NCBI GenBank assembly: GCA_012513425.1
Contig: JAAZCF010000165.1
Coordinates: forward strand, 1-54,894
DNA from: Bacteroidales bacterium
GTDB lineage: Bacteria > Bacteroidota > Bacteroidia > Bacteroidales > UBA932
Direction: 5' to 3'
DNA: 54,894 nt
This document shows, one piece after another, positions 40,642 to 48,805 of this stretch (position 1 is the stretch's first letter; each line of letters begins with the position of its first letter). Below the pieces are notes generated by a model. It was given only the letters and a program-made list of their open reading frames with translations, searched no databases and had not been told where the DNA came from. The position numbers and the translations under genes are program-made.

Positions 40642-42321
40642 CTACAGGCCTCCTTTCAAATGGTTTAGAACGTCCATACTCATGTCACCTTTACTTCGAA
40701 TTGTATTGTAGATAACTCTGTCAATTGTTCCTTTAGCAATGAAGATATAATATTTGCATCGCTTCGGTTGCTTGACCACTGAACCATATATTCTCTCGAT
40801 GCTTTGTTTGAACAATTCATAACTATACCCAAGACTGAAATATATCGCGATGTGTGCATTAGTGAGTGTAAGTCCTTTGTCCGCAGACGCCGGATTGGCA
40901 ATGAGGTAGCGGACTTTCTCCTCCTTAAATGCTCTAATAGCTGCGTTCTTTTCATTAATGTTAGTGTCACCGTAAACGAGAGCACACTTATCACCAAGCC
41001 TTTTCTTCAATATCTCAAACTCTTTCTTGTACATACACCATATAATGGCCTGCTCATCACCAAGACCCTGCAGCAACTTATCAAGTGCCTCAAACCGGTA
41101 CTCAGATAGTAGATGTACTTCTTGCTGAGGTATACCATGTATCTTATTGTATTTCATAGCCTCAGTGTCTATAATAAATCCAGATGTGACCTGATTCAAT
41201 TTATTGAGACTTGCTGCAGTGCTAGGCGCTGTAATGACAATGTTGTCGCCTAGTTCTAAGTACAGTTGTTTCTTCAGCTTGTTGTAGTGCTCTTTCAATT
41301 CATTAGGCATTGTTAACTCAACCTCAATGAAGTCGCGGCCAGGTGTCTCTAATACGTCTTCTTTATCTACATACAGTGAATAAGACTTAATCAAAGAAAG
41401 CAATTCTTCTCGTCTATCCTCACGCACTTTCAACTTCTCATATTGCGGATTACGCGAGACATTCTCGAAGAAGTATTGCTTGAACTGTGTCCAAGATTTA
41501 TGCACACCGTAAAAGTCAATAGATTGTAGTTGTCTGTAGTACTCCCACTCACCATTAGGTGCAGGAGTTCCAGATAATAAGTACCATCGCTTCACATTCC
41601 AAGCAAATTCTACAGCTGCTTTTGCAAACTTCGAACTACTACTCTTCATTGCTGAGCTCTCATCTACAAAGCAACCGTGAATTCCTAGTTTTTCAATATG
41701 TTCTCGATACTGAACAAATGACTCAATGTTAGTGATATACAGATTTGCATCTTCTTTGAACTTCGCTAGTCTTTTAGCTTTGCTCGTGTCGTGTAGATTA
41801 ACTACTCTCAGCTCTGGAAATATGTTCCGAGCATCCTCAAGCCAAGCGTTTTCGATTAAGATCAGAGGACACAGCACTAGCCACTTATGATGCGGATTTC
41901 TTTTGATGTCATCTACAATGATTTGTAGACTCATAGGTGTCTTTCCAGTGCGTGTGTCATAGAAGAACGCAAACCTGTTGTTAACTTCTGCTAGCTCCCT
42001 GCCAAGCTGTTGATGAGGCCACAAGAAGCCTGGATCTCCTGTTGGTCCATGTTCTAATAACGCCTTCGTAACGCTGCGGCGCTGCATTTCTTTATCATAG
42101 ATACGCTGCACCGCAGGTGGCGCTTTGTCAATATTCGATTCATCAATATTTCTAAACAGTTTCAATACTAAGTCGATATTACGTACAGTTGTCCGAAACA
42201 CAGTGTTGACACGATTTCTATGTACGTATGGAATTTTATTCACTAGTTCCAGCGTTGCAGCATCGCCGCGGTCACAACGTATTTCTATAAACTGTTCATT
42301 TATTATCAGCTTGTTTCCCAT
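40642..42321 (-). CDS. SNF2-family DNA helicase
   Basis: 559 aa with motif I DTRTGKT, motif II VDESSAMK and the C-terminal helicase lobe. Confidence 0.85.
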   Translation of the reverse strand: MGNKLIINEQFIEIRCDRGDAATLELVNKIPYVHRNRVNTVFRTTVRNIDLVLKLFRNIDESNIDKAPPAVQRIYDKEMQRRSVTKALLEHGPTGDPGFLWPHQQLGRELAEVNNRFAFFYDTRTGKTPMSLQIIVDDIKRNPHHKWLVLCPLILIENAWLEDARNIFPELRVVNLHDTSKAKRLAKFKEDANLYITNIESFVQYREHIEKLGIHGCFVDESSAMKSSSSKFAKAAVEFAWNVKRWYLLSGTPAPNGEWEYYRQLQSIDFYGVHKSWTQFKQYFFENVSRNPQYEKLKVREDRREELLSLIKSYSLYVDKEDVLETPGRDFIEVELTMPNELKEHYNKLKKQLYLELGDNIVITAPSTAASLNKLNQVTSGFIIDTEAMKYNKIHGIPQQEVHLLSEYRFEALDKLLQGLGDEQAIIWCMYKKEFEILKKRLGDKCALVYGDTNINEKNAAIRAFKEEKVRYLIANPASADKGLTLTNAHIAIYFSLGYSYELFKQSIERIYGSVVKQPKRCKYYIFIAKGTIDRVIYNTIRSKGDMSMDVLNHLKGGL

Positions 42322-42508
42322 TGAACAACCCTTCTATAGTAGACCTTCTATAGTAAACATTGTGACCTACAACAGCGTGTGCAATCTGTCTCTTAGCAGT
42401 TAGTTCGCCTAGGAATTGAATTTCATCTACACCCAGGTGAAACTCTAATATTGCGTCCGCCAAGCTGATGTCGAATCCTTTTGGCGGTTTTGGTTTTTGA
42501 TTAGCCAT
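42296..42508 (-). CDS. Small DNA-binding protein candidate
   Basis: 70-aa ORF with weak excisionase/MerR-like HTH resemblance. Confidence 0.3.
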   Translation of the reverse strand: MANQKPKPPKGFDISLADAILEFHLGVDEIQFLGELTAKRQIAHAVVGHNVYYRRSTIEGLFNGKQADNK

Positions 42509-42738
42509 TACTCCATCTCCTCTAAATTACGTAAAGTGTCTTCAAAGCTAACAAAGCTTTTGCTAATGTACCCATATCTGTTTTCTAGTGCACCATCAAT
42601 ATGGGCAAGCCAATAAGATTTAGCCATCTGTAGTTGTTTTGGTGCAACTTCTTGTAGAATATCTTCCATCTCATGCAATGATTCATAAATCTGGTCTGCT
42701 AACTCTAGAAGCCTATCTACAGCCTCTGTTTTAGTCAA
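42508..42738 (-). CDS. Hypothetical acidic protein
   Basis: 76 aa with a TTG start after RBS AAGGAGGG. Confidence 0.45.
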   Translation of the reverse strand: MTKTEAVDRLLELADQIYESLHEMEDILQEVAPKQLQMAKSYWLAHIDGALENRYGYISKSFVSFEDTLRNLEEME

Positions 42739-42780
42739 CGTGCTGTCCCTCCTTTTTAAAACTTTTAAAAATTCAAATCA

Positions 42781-42872
42781 AAAAATAAAGGCGTAGCCTT
42801 CTCTGAGGCACCCAAGTGTGGAGGTTGTTGAAGGGGGAACGAATATAATAGCCTTGGATGCCTCAGAGAAGG
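42781..42872 (-). terminator. Long hairpin plus intrinsic terminator
   Basis: The 14-bp perfect arms 42797..42810 and 42859..42872 enclose a 48-nt loop. On the minus strand this is followed by AAGGC tac GCCTT TATTTTTT. Confidence 0.5.
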
Positions 42873-42902
42873 AGCGTCTAAGACGCGCCTCCTATTACAG
42901 AA

Positions 42903-43268
42903 TTAAAACTCAGCTTGTTCGCTGTAAACCTCTTCTTCTTCCGGCTGTGCTTCAGCTTTTAAAGATTCACGGCGAGCTTTTTCCTCTAATGCAGCGTCAA
43001 CACGAGCTTGGTTTTTCTCAATAGTTTCTTGAGAAGCACCGCGTTGAATAGCTTTGTAAAGAACAGATTTCGCATTGATGATTTCGCGTTTCAATTGCTC
43101 ATCAGTCATTTCTTCAAGAGTTAGACCAGCAAGTTGACCACGACGTTGGCCAGAAGCAGGACGTGCAGTGATTTCTTTCAAAGTGTCGATAACGTACTGC
43201 TTATCAACAGCAGTGTCCTCAATACTTTCTAAATGGGCTACAAATGCGGATACAGTTTTGAATTCCAT
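42903..43268 (-). CDS. Hypothetical protein (weak IQSKK-family resemblance)
   Basis: 121 aa with RBS AGGAGGAG. It contains TDEQLKREIINAKSVLYKA. Confidence 0.45.
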   Translation of the reverse strand: MEFKTVSAFVAHLESIEDTAVDKQYVIDTLKEITARPASGQRRGQLAGLTLEEMTDEQLKREIINAKSVLYKAIQRGASQETIEKNQARVDAALEEKARRESLKAEAQPEEEEVYSEQAEF

Positions 43269-43382
43269 AGTTCAATCTCCTCCTAATTTATAATTTGTTC
43301 TTACATATATAATTATACTATATAGAAAGAACTTTTGTAAGCATATTTTTTCACGAATTCTTTCAAGAGTTCTTTGGCGTAA

Positions 43383-43622
43383 TTAATCACAAGATGAAGC
43401 AGTATGCCATTTAACTACATACTCGTTTGGATTTTCAGTTGGCTTAATAGTTGATGGGCCATACAATCCGTAACCAGCTGGGTGGTAACCACACTCTATA
43501 CTTGTCTGAGCTACAACCTCGTCATGATGTTTTGTTACATCTACAAGTGTGCGGATAATCGCTGTGTGACTGTAGGCAAATCCATAACGTTCTTTCGTGT
43601 GCTCAATAACTTGCAACTCCAT
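43383..43622 (-). CDS. Hypothetical protein
   Basis: 79-aa ORF with RBS AAGGAGGG. Confidence 0.45.
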   Translation of the reverse strand: MELQVIEHTKERYGFAYSHTAIIRTLVDVTKHHDEVVAQTSIECGYHPAGYGLYGPSTIKPTENPNEYVVKWHTASSCD

Positions 43623-43847
43623 GGAAATCCCTCCTTTATCTCGTTTTTGTGTTTTTTCTTAATTATCTTGGTTATCTTAATTATTTAAGCCGTCACGGAT
43701 AGGGTGGGCCTTTATAAAAAACAAAATGATTTTTATTTTTTGAAAACAAAAATTTAAAAAGGTCGGTTAGATAATTGAGATTTCTAAAATAATTAAGATA
43801 ATTAAAATATTAAAATAATGGCCTTTTTTCAATAATAAAATTAATTA

Positions 43848-44315
43848 CTATATATATACCCTTTTTTGTACTTTAAGCAGATCTGTCAGCTTGTAGGTTA
43901 TTTTGTAGGCGAGCAGCGCAACATTCCAACTATCAGCAGATAACATTTCACCGACTGTAGTTCCAGTGTAGGCTTTGATTGAGATATCACCTACAGGGCT
44001 AACTGTTTTCACTAATGCTGAGCCTGGATTAATGGATCCCTGTAGTATTTCATAACACCAAAGGTTAAGACCTACAGCCGCATCAATTGCAATCACCAAA
44101 GCGCCGGGGCGCAGCTGCTCAAGTTTTGTATTATAAGTAAAGCTATTAATCGGTGATTCTATTGTACCAAGCACCTGAACATCTTTCTCAAAGGTGTGTA
44201 GTTTCAACATAGTACCTACAAGTGGGCCAACTGCATCGCCTTTGATGTTCGGTGTTCCAATACAGAAGATGTCAATTTGTTTGTGTTCTTCAATTAGTTT
44301 TTCAATATTATTCAT
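43848..44315 (-). CDS. YyaC-like (GPR-family) putative sporulation protease
   Basis: DIFCIGTPNIKGDAVGPLVGTML and VIAIDA match the YyaC pattern. Confidence 0.55.
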   Translation of the reverse strand: MNNIEKLIEEHKQIDIFCIGTPNIKGDAVGPLVGTMLKLHTFEKDVQVLGTIESPINSFTYNTKLEQLRPGALVIAIDAAVGLNLWCYEILQGSINPGSALVKTVSPVGDISIKAYTGTTVGEMLSADSWNVALLAYKITYKLTDLLKVQKRVYI

Positions 44316-44327
44316 GCGCCGCTGAGT

Positions 44328-44909
44328 TTATTCACCTCCTTGCTTATACCATATCACTGTAGCATCCTTAATGCCGAACTTCATCGCTGAGGCGTAGGTA
44401 TGACGAAATACATCTATGCGATAATTCTTTATTGCTCCACCCGTATCCTCAGCGCGCCCGCGCTCTACAGTGCCATCAGGATAGAGGATAATCATCTCAG
44501 AACCATAAGGTATAATGTTCGGGTCAACTGCAAATGTTCCTGGTCCAGGTTTAGTGCCTGTAGCAGTACTGTTAGGATTACCATCTGAATTAATGCCGTT
44601 GCGGTCATCATAAGGCGAATAGGCAGAAATTCTAAACTTTGCTACATTGAAGTTCTTATTAAAGGTAACGTCCATATCTGACAAATAAACCGGCCGTTCA
44701 AGTTGCTCTAGTAGATAGTCATTTGCATCTACAAGAGCCTTGTTCAATTCATTTAGATGTCTCACCTCCTTTAAGTAATCTGTAGCCTCGTTACTCACCG
44801 CCACTAGTTTTGGCTGCATATCCTCAATACCGTTGTTATAACCTGTTATGTATGCAACTCCTACAGAGACTACAAACCCAGTGGTTATAAGAACATTGCG
44901 AAATTTCAT
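44328..44909 (-). CDS. Membrane-anchored 3D-domain cell-wall protein
   Basis: N-terminal TM segment. The C-terminus FRISAYSPYD...GTFAVDPNIIPYGSEMIILYPDG...RAEDTGGAIKNYRIDVF is a 3D domain. Confidence 0.65.
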   Translation of the reverse strand: MKFRNVLITTGFVVSVGVAYITGYNNGIEDMQPKLVAVSNEATDYLKEVRHLNELNKALVDANDYLLEQLERPVYLSDMDVTFNKNFNVAKFRISAYSPYDDRNGINSDGNPNSTATGTKPGPGTFAVDPNIIPYGSEMIILYPDGTVERGRAEDTGGAIKNYRIDVFRHTYASAMKFGIKDATVIWYKQGGE

Positions 44910-45062
44910 CTTATTCTCCCCTTTCTATGCTTATTATATACTATTCTTTCGTAGACGACTTTGGAAAATATTTACCGAATTTCTACCTCATTACCCTATA
45001 TAATATATAATAAGAAGTTTCGGAAAAATTTTGGTTTTTATAAATTAAAACTTTGGGTTTTT

Positions 45063-45174
45063 AACACGTTACAAGCCCAGAATCCTCGATACAAGCCCGT
45101 GATAGGCCCCTAATATAATTATAAGCCTTATATTATCACGGACTTGTATTAAATAAAAATACGAGTCCGTAAAA
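45063..45174 (-). promoter_or_regulatory. Conserved regulatory cassette, copy 3
   Basis: AACACGTTACAAG lies at 45063..45075, with sites at 45089..45106, 45135..45149 and 45159..45174. The centre TAATATAATTATAAG is at 45111..45125. It is colinear with the reverse complement of copy 1. Confidence 0.6.
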
Positions 45175-45206
45175 TTAAAGAAGCCCACCGATTTTTCTCG
45201 GTGAGC
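45170..45206 (-). terminator. Terminator of the late operon
   Basis: On the minus strand: GCTCACCGA gaaaaa TCGGTGGGC followed by TTCTTTAATTTTA. Confidence 0.6.
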
Positions 45207-45214
45207 TCCATAAT

Positions 45215-45445
45215 TCATTCCTCTTCGTCATTAAAGCCAGGAGTCGTCGGGTCAATTACCACACCAAGTGTAGCTAATACTATAAGCACTGCATCAGCTG
45301 CAGCTAAGATTTTATTTTGTAAAACTGTATCCAATAAGTGGCCCTTGCCAAACAACACGAGCACAGCTTGCGCGGCGACGAGGATTTGCGAAATCAGCGT
45401 CATATAGAACATTTTGTTATTGCGTTTCTTGAAGAACTCTTTCAT
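45215..45445 (-). CDS. Holin, phiLC3-like family
   Basis: 76 aa with two TM segments. The C-terminus LGVVIDPTTPGFNDEEE matches the DPTT.G signature. Confidence 0.65.
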   Translation of the reverse strand: MKEFFKKRNNKMFYMTLISQILVAAQAVLVLFGKGHLLDTVLQNKILAAADAVLIVLATLGVVIDPTTPGFNDEEE

Positions 45446-45467
45446 CTACAATCACCTCCTTCAACGT

Positions 45468-46688
45468 TTAGCCCTCAGTTGCTATATCTAAGACAAAGTC
45501 GTACGTTATTTTCATCGTATATTGGTCTGTTTTTGTAACCGGTGCGTCTAATAGTGCCCGTGACGCAATATTCATTTTTGGCATCACGTATCCACTATTG
45601 AGTAGCATTTTATCATCAAATACGCATAAAAAGTCTGGCATGTTGAAATTACTTAATGAGTAATCTGAGGACACGCGCCTTGTACGCTCAGTATAATAGT
45701 TAGTTGTAATCAAAAGTTGTCCTTCCTCAAATCTCAGTTTTGCACTTCCACTCGCCAAAGAACCAATCTCTTTGTTATTTATCGCATTGAAATTACTATC
45801 CAGCTCTGTAATTTGATGTGTAGCACCACTACTACTAACTATAAACTTACTACCGTCCCATACAATACCACGAGCGTTGTAATTGTTTGGTAAAGATACA
45901 CTAACTGGTGTAGCCGCAGCAGGGTTGTTTAAATCCGCTACGTATAACGGTTGGGAACTGCTATTTCTAGCAAAATAAATCTTATCCCCAACAATCTCAA
46001 AATCTTCAAAAGAGCTAGGTAGATTATACTCGTTTAGCAGATTAAACTGCTTATCAAATACTCGCAGCTTATTACTACTACCGCTACTAGTACTACCAGT
46101 ACTACTAGTATCAGTACCAAGTACATAAATTAGTCCGTTATGATATTTTCCAGCAACGTTATATTGTAATGGTCGGTTAAAGTAATTAGGTAATGTGGTT
46201 TGCCAGTTATACATTAACACTTCTGACTCCCCAATAAAATACAAGCTTTGAAATACTCCATTCCCCGCATGACTTGGGAAATCGAACACCATGTGTACTC
46301 GTTCTAAATTGGTATAACTTTCTTTTGTGTTATACGTACCGCGTAGCACGTCGCTACCACTATACGTTTCATGCGTGTGTGCGTATCCAATTTCTTTTCC
46401 TTTTAGTAACCATTCATTGTCAGGGTCTTCTGGGTGAGATGCGTCAGTTAAGACTAATGTTCGAAACACATCTCTAATGTCCCCGTACACATCACGTCCA
46501 CCCGTTGCTTTATTACGGATAAACAGCCCTTTAATTGCTAGTCGATATAAATAGCTTCCAACAGCTTTACTAATAAAGTTATGTGTATTCGCTTCATCGA
46601 CTTTTCTACCCGTCAACTCGTCAAATAATTCAATTTTAATTTCTCCTCTTGGAGCCATTTCTGGATAGATTACTTTTTCTTGTAACAT
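45468..46688 (-). CDS. Tail fibre-associated / receptor-binding candidate
   Basis: 406-aa ORF following the fibre gene. It has a Ser/Thr/Gly tract, GTDTSSTGSTSSGSSNK. No family was recognised. Confidence 0.4.
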   Translation of the reverse strand: MLQEKVIYPEMAPRGEIKIELFDELTGRKVDEANTHNFISKAVGSYLYRLAIKGLFIRNKATGGRDVYGDIRDVFRTLVLTDASHPEDPDNEWLLKGKEIGYAHTHETYSGSDVLRGTYNTKESYTNLERVHMVFDFPSHAGNGVFQSLYFIGESEVLMYNWQTTLPNYFNRPLQYNVAGKYHNGLIYVLGTDTSSTGSTSSGSSNKLRVFDKQFNLLNEYNLPSSFEDFEIVGDKIYFARNSSSQPLYVADLNNPAAATPVSVSLPNNYNARGIVWDGSKFIVSSSGATHQITELDSNFNAINNKEIGSLASGSAKLRFEEGQLLITTNYYTERTRRVSSDYSLSNFNMPDFLCVFDDKMLLNSGYVMPKMNIASRALLDAPVTKTDQYTMKITYDFVLDIATEG

Positions 46689-46689
46689 G

Positions 46690-47943
46690 TTATACCTCCT
46701 TTAGTTCCACAATGAAGTTTTCACCGATTTGCAAATCATCTGGATATTGTACAACATCAACCATACCCTTTCTCGGCTCGTCAATTACATTTGTGATGAT
46801 GCGTTCTTTAACTAAATACTGTAGCACTTTATCGTCTGTGCCGTTTTTGAGTAAATCAACTTCTAACTCTAATTCACTTATTCGGCTTTTCAAGCTATTT
46901 AATTCAGCCTGTAAACCCGTTATGTCGCTTACACTGTGGCTATGAGATGTAGGTGGGAATTTAGTAGGCTTATTCTCGATATTTTCCCAAGATACCGAGC
47001 CGCCAACCTCAAGTTGTTCAATTTTCTCATTAAGGACACGTCCCATATTCGCGCTCAATGCGCTTGTAGTAGAAGTAGACGTTAGATTATCTACAACCGT
47101 TATACCGCCACTTGAACTCTGTTCCGCTTTAGCATACGTCTGCTTAATTGCGTCTTGTACGTTTGTAGCGGTAATTTTACCTGAACTGTCAATAAATGCT
47201 GTTTCACTAGCGTTTTGTTTTTCATAACGAGTTTTCGGTAAAATGTTTGTTGTCTCGGTTTGTAAGTCGATAGGGTTTGTTGTAAAGTCTCGTATTTCTC
47301 CACCTTTAAATTCACCGGCGAAAACAAATTCATTACCGTTGTAGATATAAATCGTAGAAGCGCCGTTCTTCGTTTCATCTTCAAGTACAATAACCATGTC
47401 GTTATTTGACACGTTTAGACTACTTAATTCTGCATAGGTGTCTACAGTTGTACTAAAGTTACCTACATTACTTAATGCGTTTATCTGCTGTTGTACGTTT
47501 TCTGTTACGCCCTTCAACGCATTAATCTCATCCGTTGTAACTTCTACTCCCGCAATTGATTTCACCACTAATTTACCGTTTTCAGTAATAATCGTTTCGC
47601 CATCTACAATATCGTCGGGAATTGTATCTTCTAAGTTTTGAATGCGGGTGCTGTGATTGGCCAATTCGGCCTGTAGACCGTTTACATCTGAAATATCGTG
47701 CTCGTGTGCCGACGGTGGAAATGTGGAAGGTTTGCCGATAATCGAACCCCATGTAACAGGGCCGCTACCACCGCCACCTACATATGGTGTACCATCTGGA
47801 TTAACGAGTATGACTTTGTGCGCTTTCTTACCTAAATACACGTCAGGTCTTTCCATACCCTTTATGGTAGTTACATCATCTACAACGACACCTATAAGAG
47901 CTTTGTTATCTAAGACTACATCCGGTCTACTTAGCTTCGTCAT
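46690..47943 (-). CDS. Tail fibre protein with duplicated HxH motif
   Basis: KPSTFPPSAHEHDISDVNGLQAEL and NKPTKFPPTSHSHSVSDITGLQAEL flank a coiled and beta-rich shaft. Confidence 0.6.
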   Translation of the reverse strand: MTKLSRPDVVLDNKALIGVVVDDVTTIKGMERPDVYLGKKAHKVILVNPDGTPYVGGGGSGPVTWGSIIGKPSTFPPSAHEHDISDVNGLQAELANHSTRIQNLEDTIPDDIVDGETIITENGKLVVKSIAGVEVTTDEINALKGVTENVQQQINALSNVGNFSTTVDTYAELSSLNVSNNDMVIVLEDETKNGASTIYIYNGNEFVFAGEFKGGEIRDFTTNPIDLQTETTNILPKTRYEKQNASETAFIDSSGKITATNVQDAIKQTYAKAEQSSSGGITVVDNLTSTSTTSALSANMGRVLNEKIEQLEVGGSVSWENIENKPTKFPPTSHSHSVSDITGLQAELNSLKSRISELELEVDLLKNGTDDKVLQYLVKERIITNVIDEPRKGMVDVVQYPDDLQIGENFIVELKEV

Positions 47944-48211
47944 CTTTATCTCCCTCCCTACTTAATGCTGTCTTTGCTGCATCAAACGCGCCAGATGCCA
48001 TAAGACCGGCGATACCACCACCCCATAGTAACTGTGCCAATGAGGCTTCATGTATCGGTGCCGCGGCGACGCCTATAAGCATACCGAGTAACAAGGCTGT
48101 TAGAGGAACCCAACGTTTCTTAATATTAAAAGCCTTCTTGAGCACCTCAGTTACAGCCAACACAATAACTCCAATGGCAGTTGCAATAGCGTACACACTA
48201 GTTAAGTCCAT
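47927..48211 (-). CDS. Holin, Hol118-like
   Basis: Start trimmed to MDLTSVYAIATAIG after RBS GGAGGTGA. KKRWVPLTALLLGMLIG...LWGGGIAGLMASGAFD and the charged tail match the A118 holin architecture. Confidence 0.7.
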   Translation of the reverse strand: MDLTSVYAIATAIGVIVLAVTEVLKKAFNIKKRWVPLTALLLGMLIGVAAAPIHEASLAQLLWGGGIAGLMASGAFDAAKTALSREGDKDDEAK

Positions 48212-48701
48212 CTTTATCACCTCCATGAATTTCATCATATCTTTGTTTTGCTCTTGCTTCCTTGTGAGCAATCTCATCTGACACCCATACCAGAAGCTTA
48301 TTCAGCGCACCGGTGGGCACCCACTGCGCCCAACCTGCCCTGTAGGTATTTGCTATTACTGATTTTAGCAGGTGGCGCGCCAGTGCAGCTATCATGAAGT
48401 ATGATACCAAACCTTGCGTATAGAAGAATAAATCCATAAAGTGGGCAATAGCAGGTAGTAGCAATAGAACTACAGTCCTAAATAGACCATCTATGCCATA
48501 ACTACTGGTATCTATACAATCTTTCTTTGCGGCGCTAATGCCAGTTATCCAATCTAAAACAATAAGTAGAACTACAAGGGTCATTCCAGCTCTAGTTATA
48601 TCGTTGGGGCCATACAGTAAGCCAAACAACGTTAGCAACAGTGCCGCAGCACTGTTTATGGCAGGGCTGTCAGTCAGTATTCTAAACACATCATTTTTCA
48701 T
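48198..48701 (-). CDS. Holin-like membrane protein (LL-H / TcdE-type holin family 4)
   Basis: 167 aa with about 4 TM segments and a DWITGISAAKKD motif. Confidence 0.55.
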   Translation of the reverse strand: MKNDVFRILTDSPAINSAAALLLTLFGLLYGPNDITRAGMTLVVLLIVLDWITGISAAKKDCIDTSSYGIDGLFRTVVLLLLPAIAHFMDLFFYTQGLVSYFMIAALARHLLKSVIANTYRAGWAQWVPTGALNKLLVWVSDEIAHKEARAKQRYDEIHGGDKDGLN

Positions 48702-48805
48702 GGCGCTACCCTCCTATAACTATTATATTACAAACCGCATAGCTGTTATTTATAGCGTGCCGCGGCGCTGTTCTATAAAAGCCTACTTCGAAAAGTGAGA
48801 TAGGT

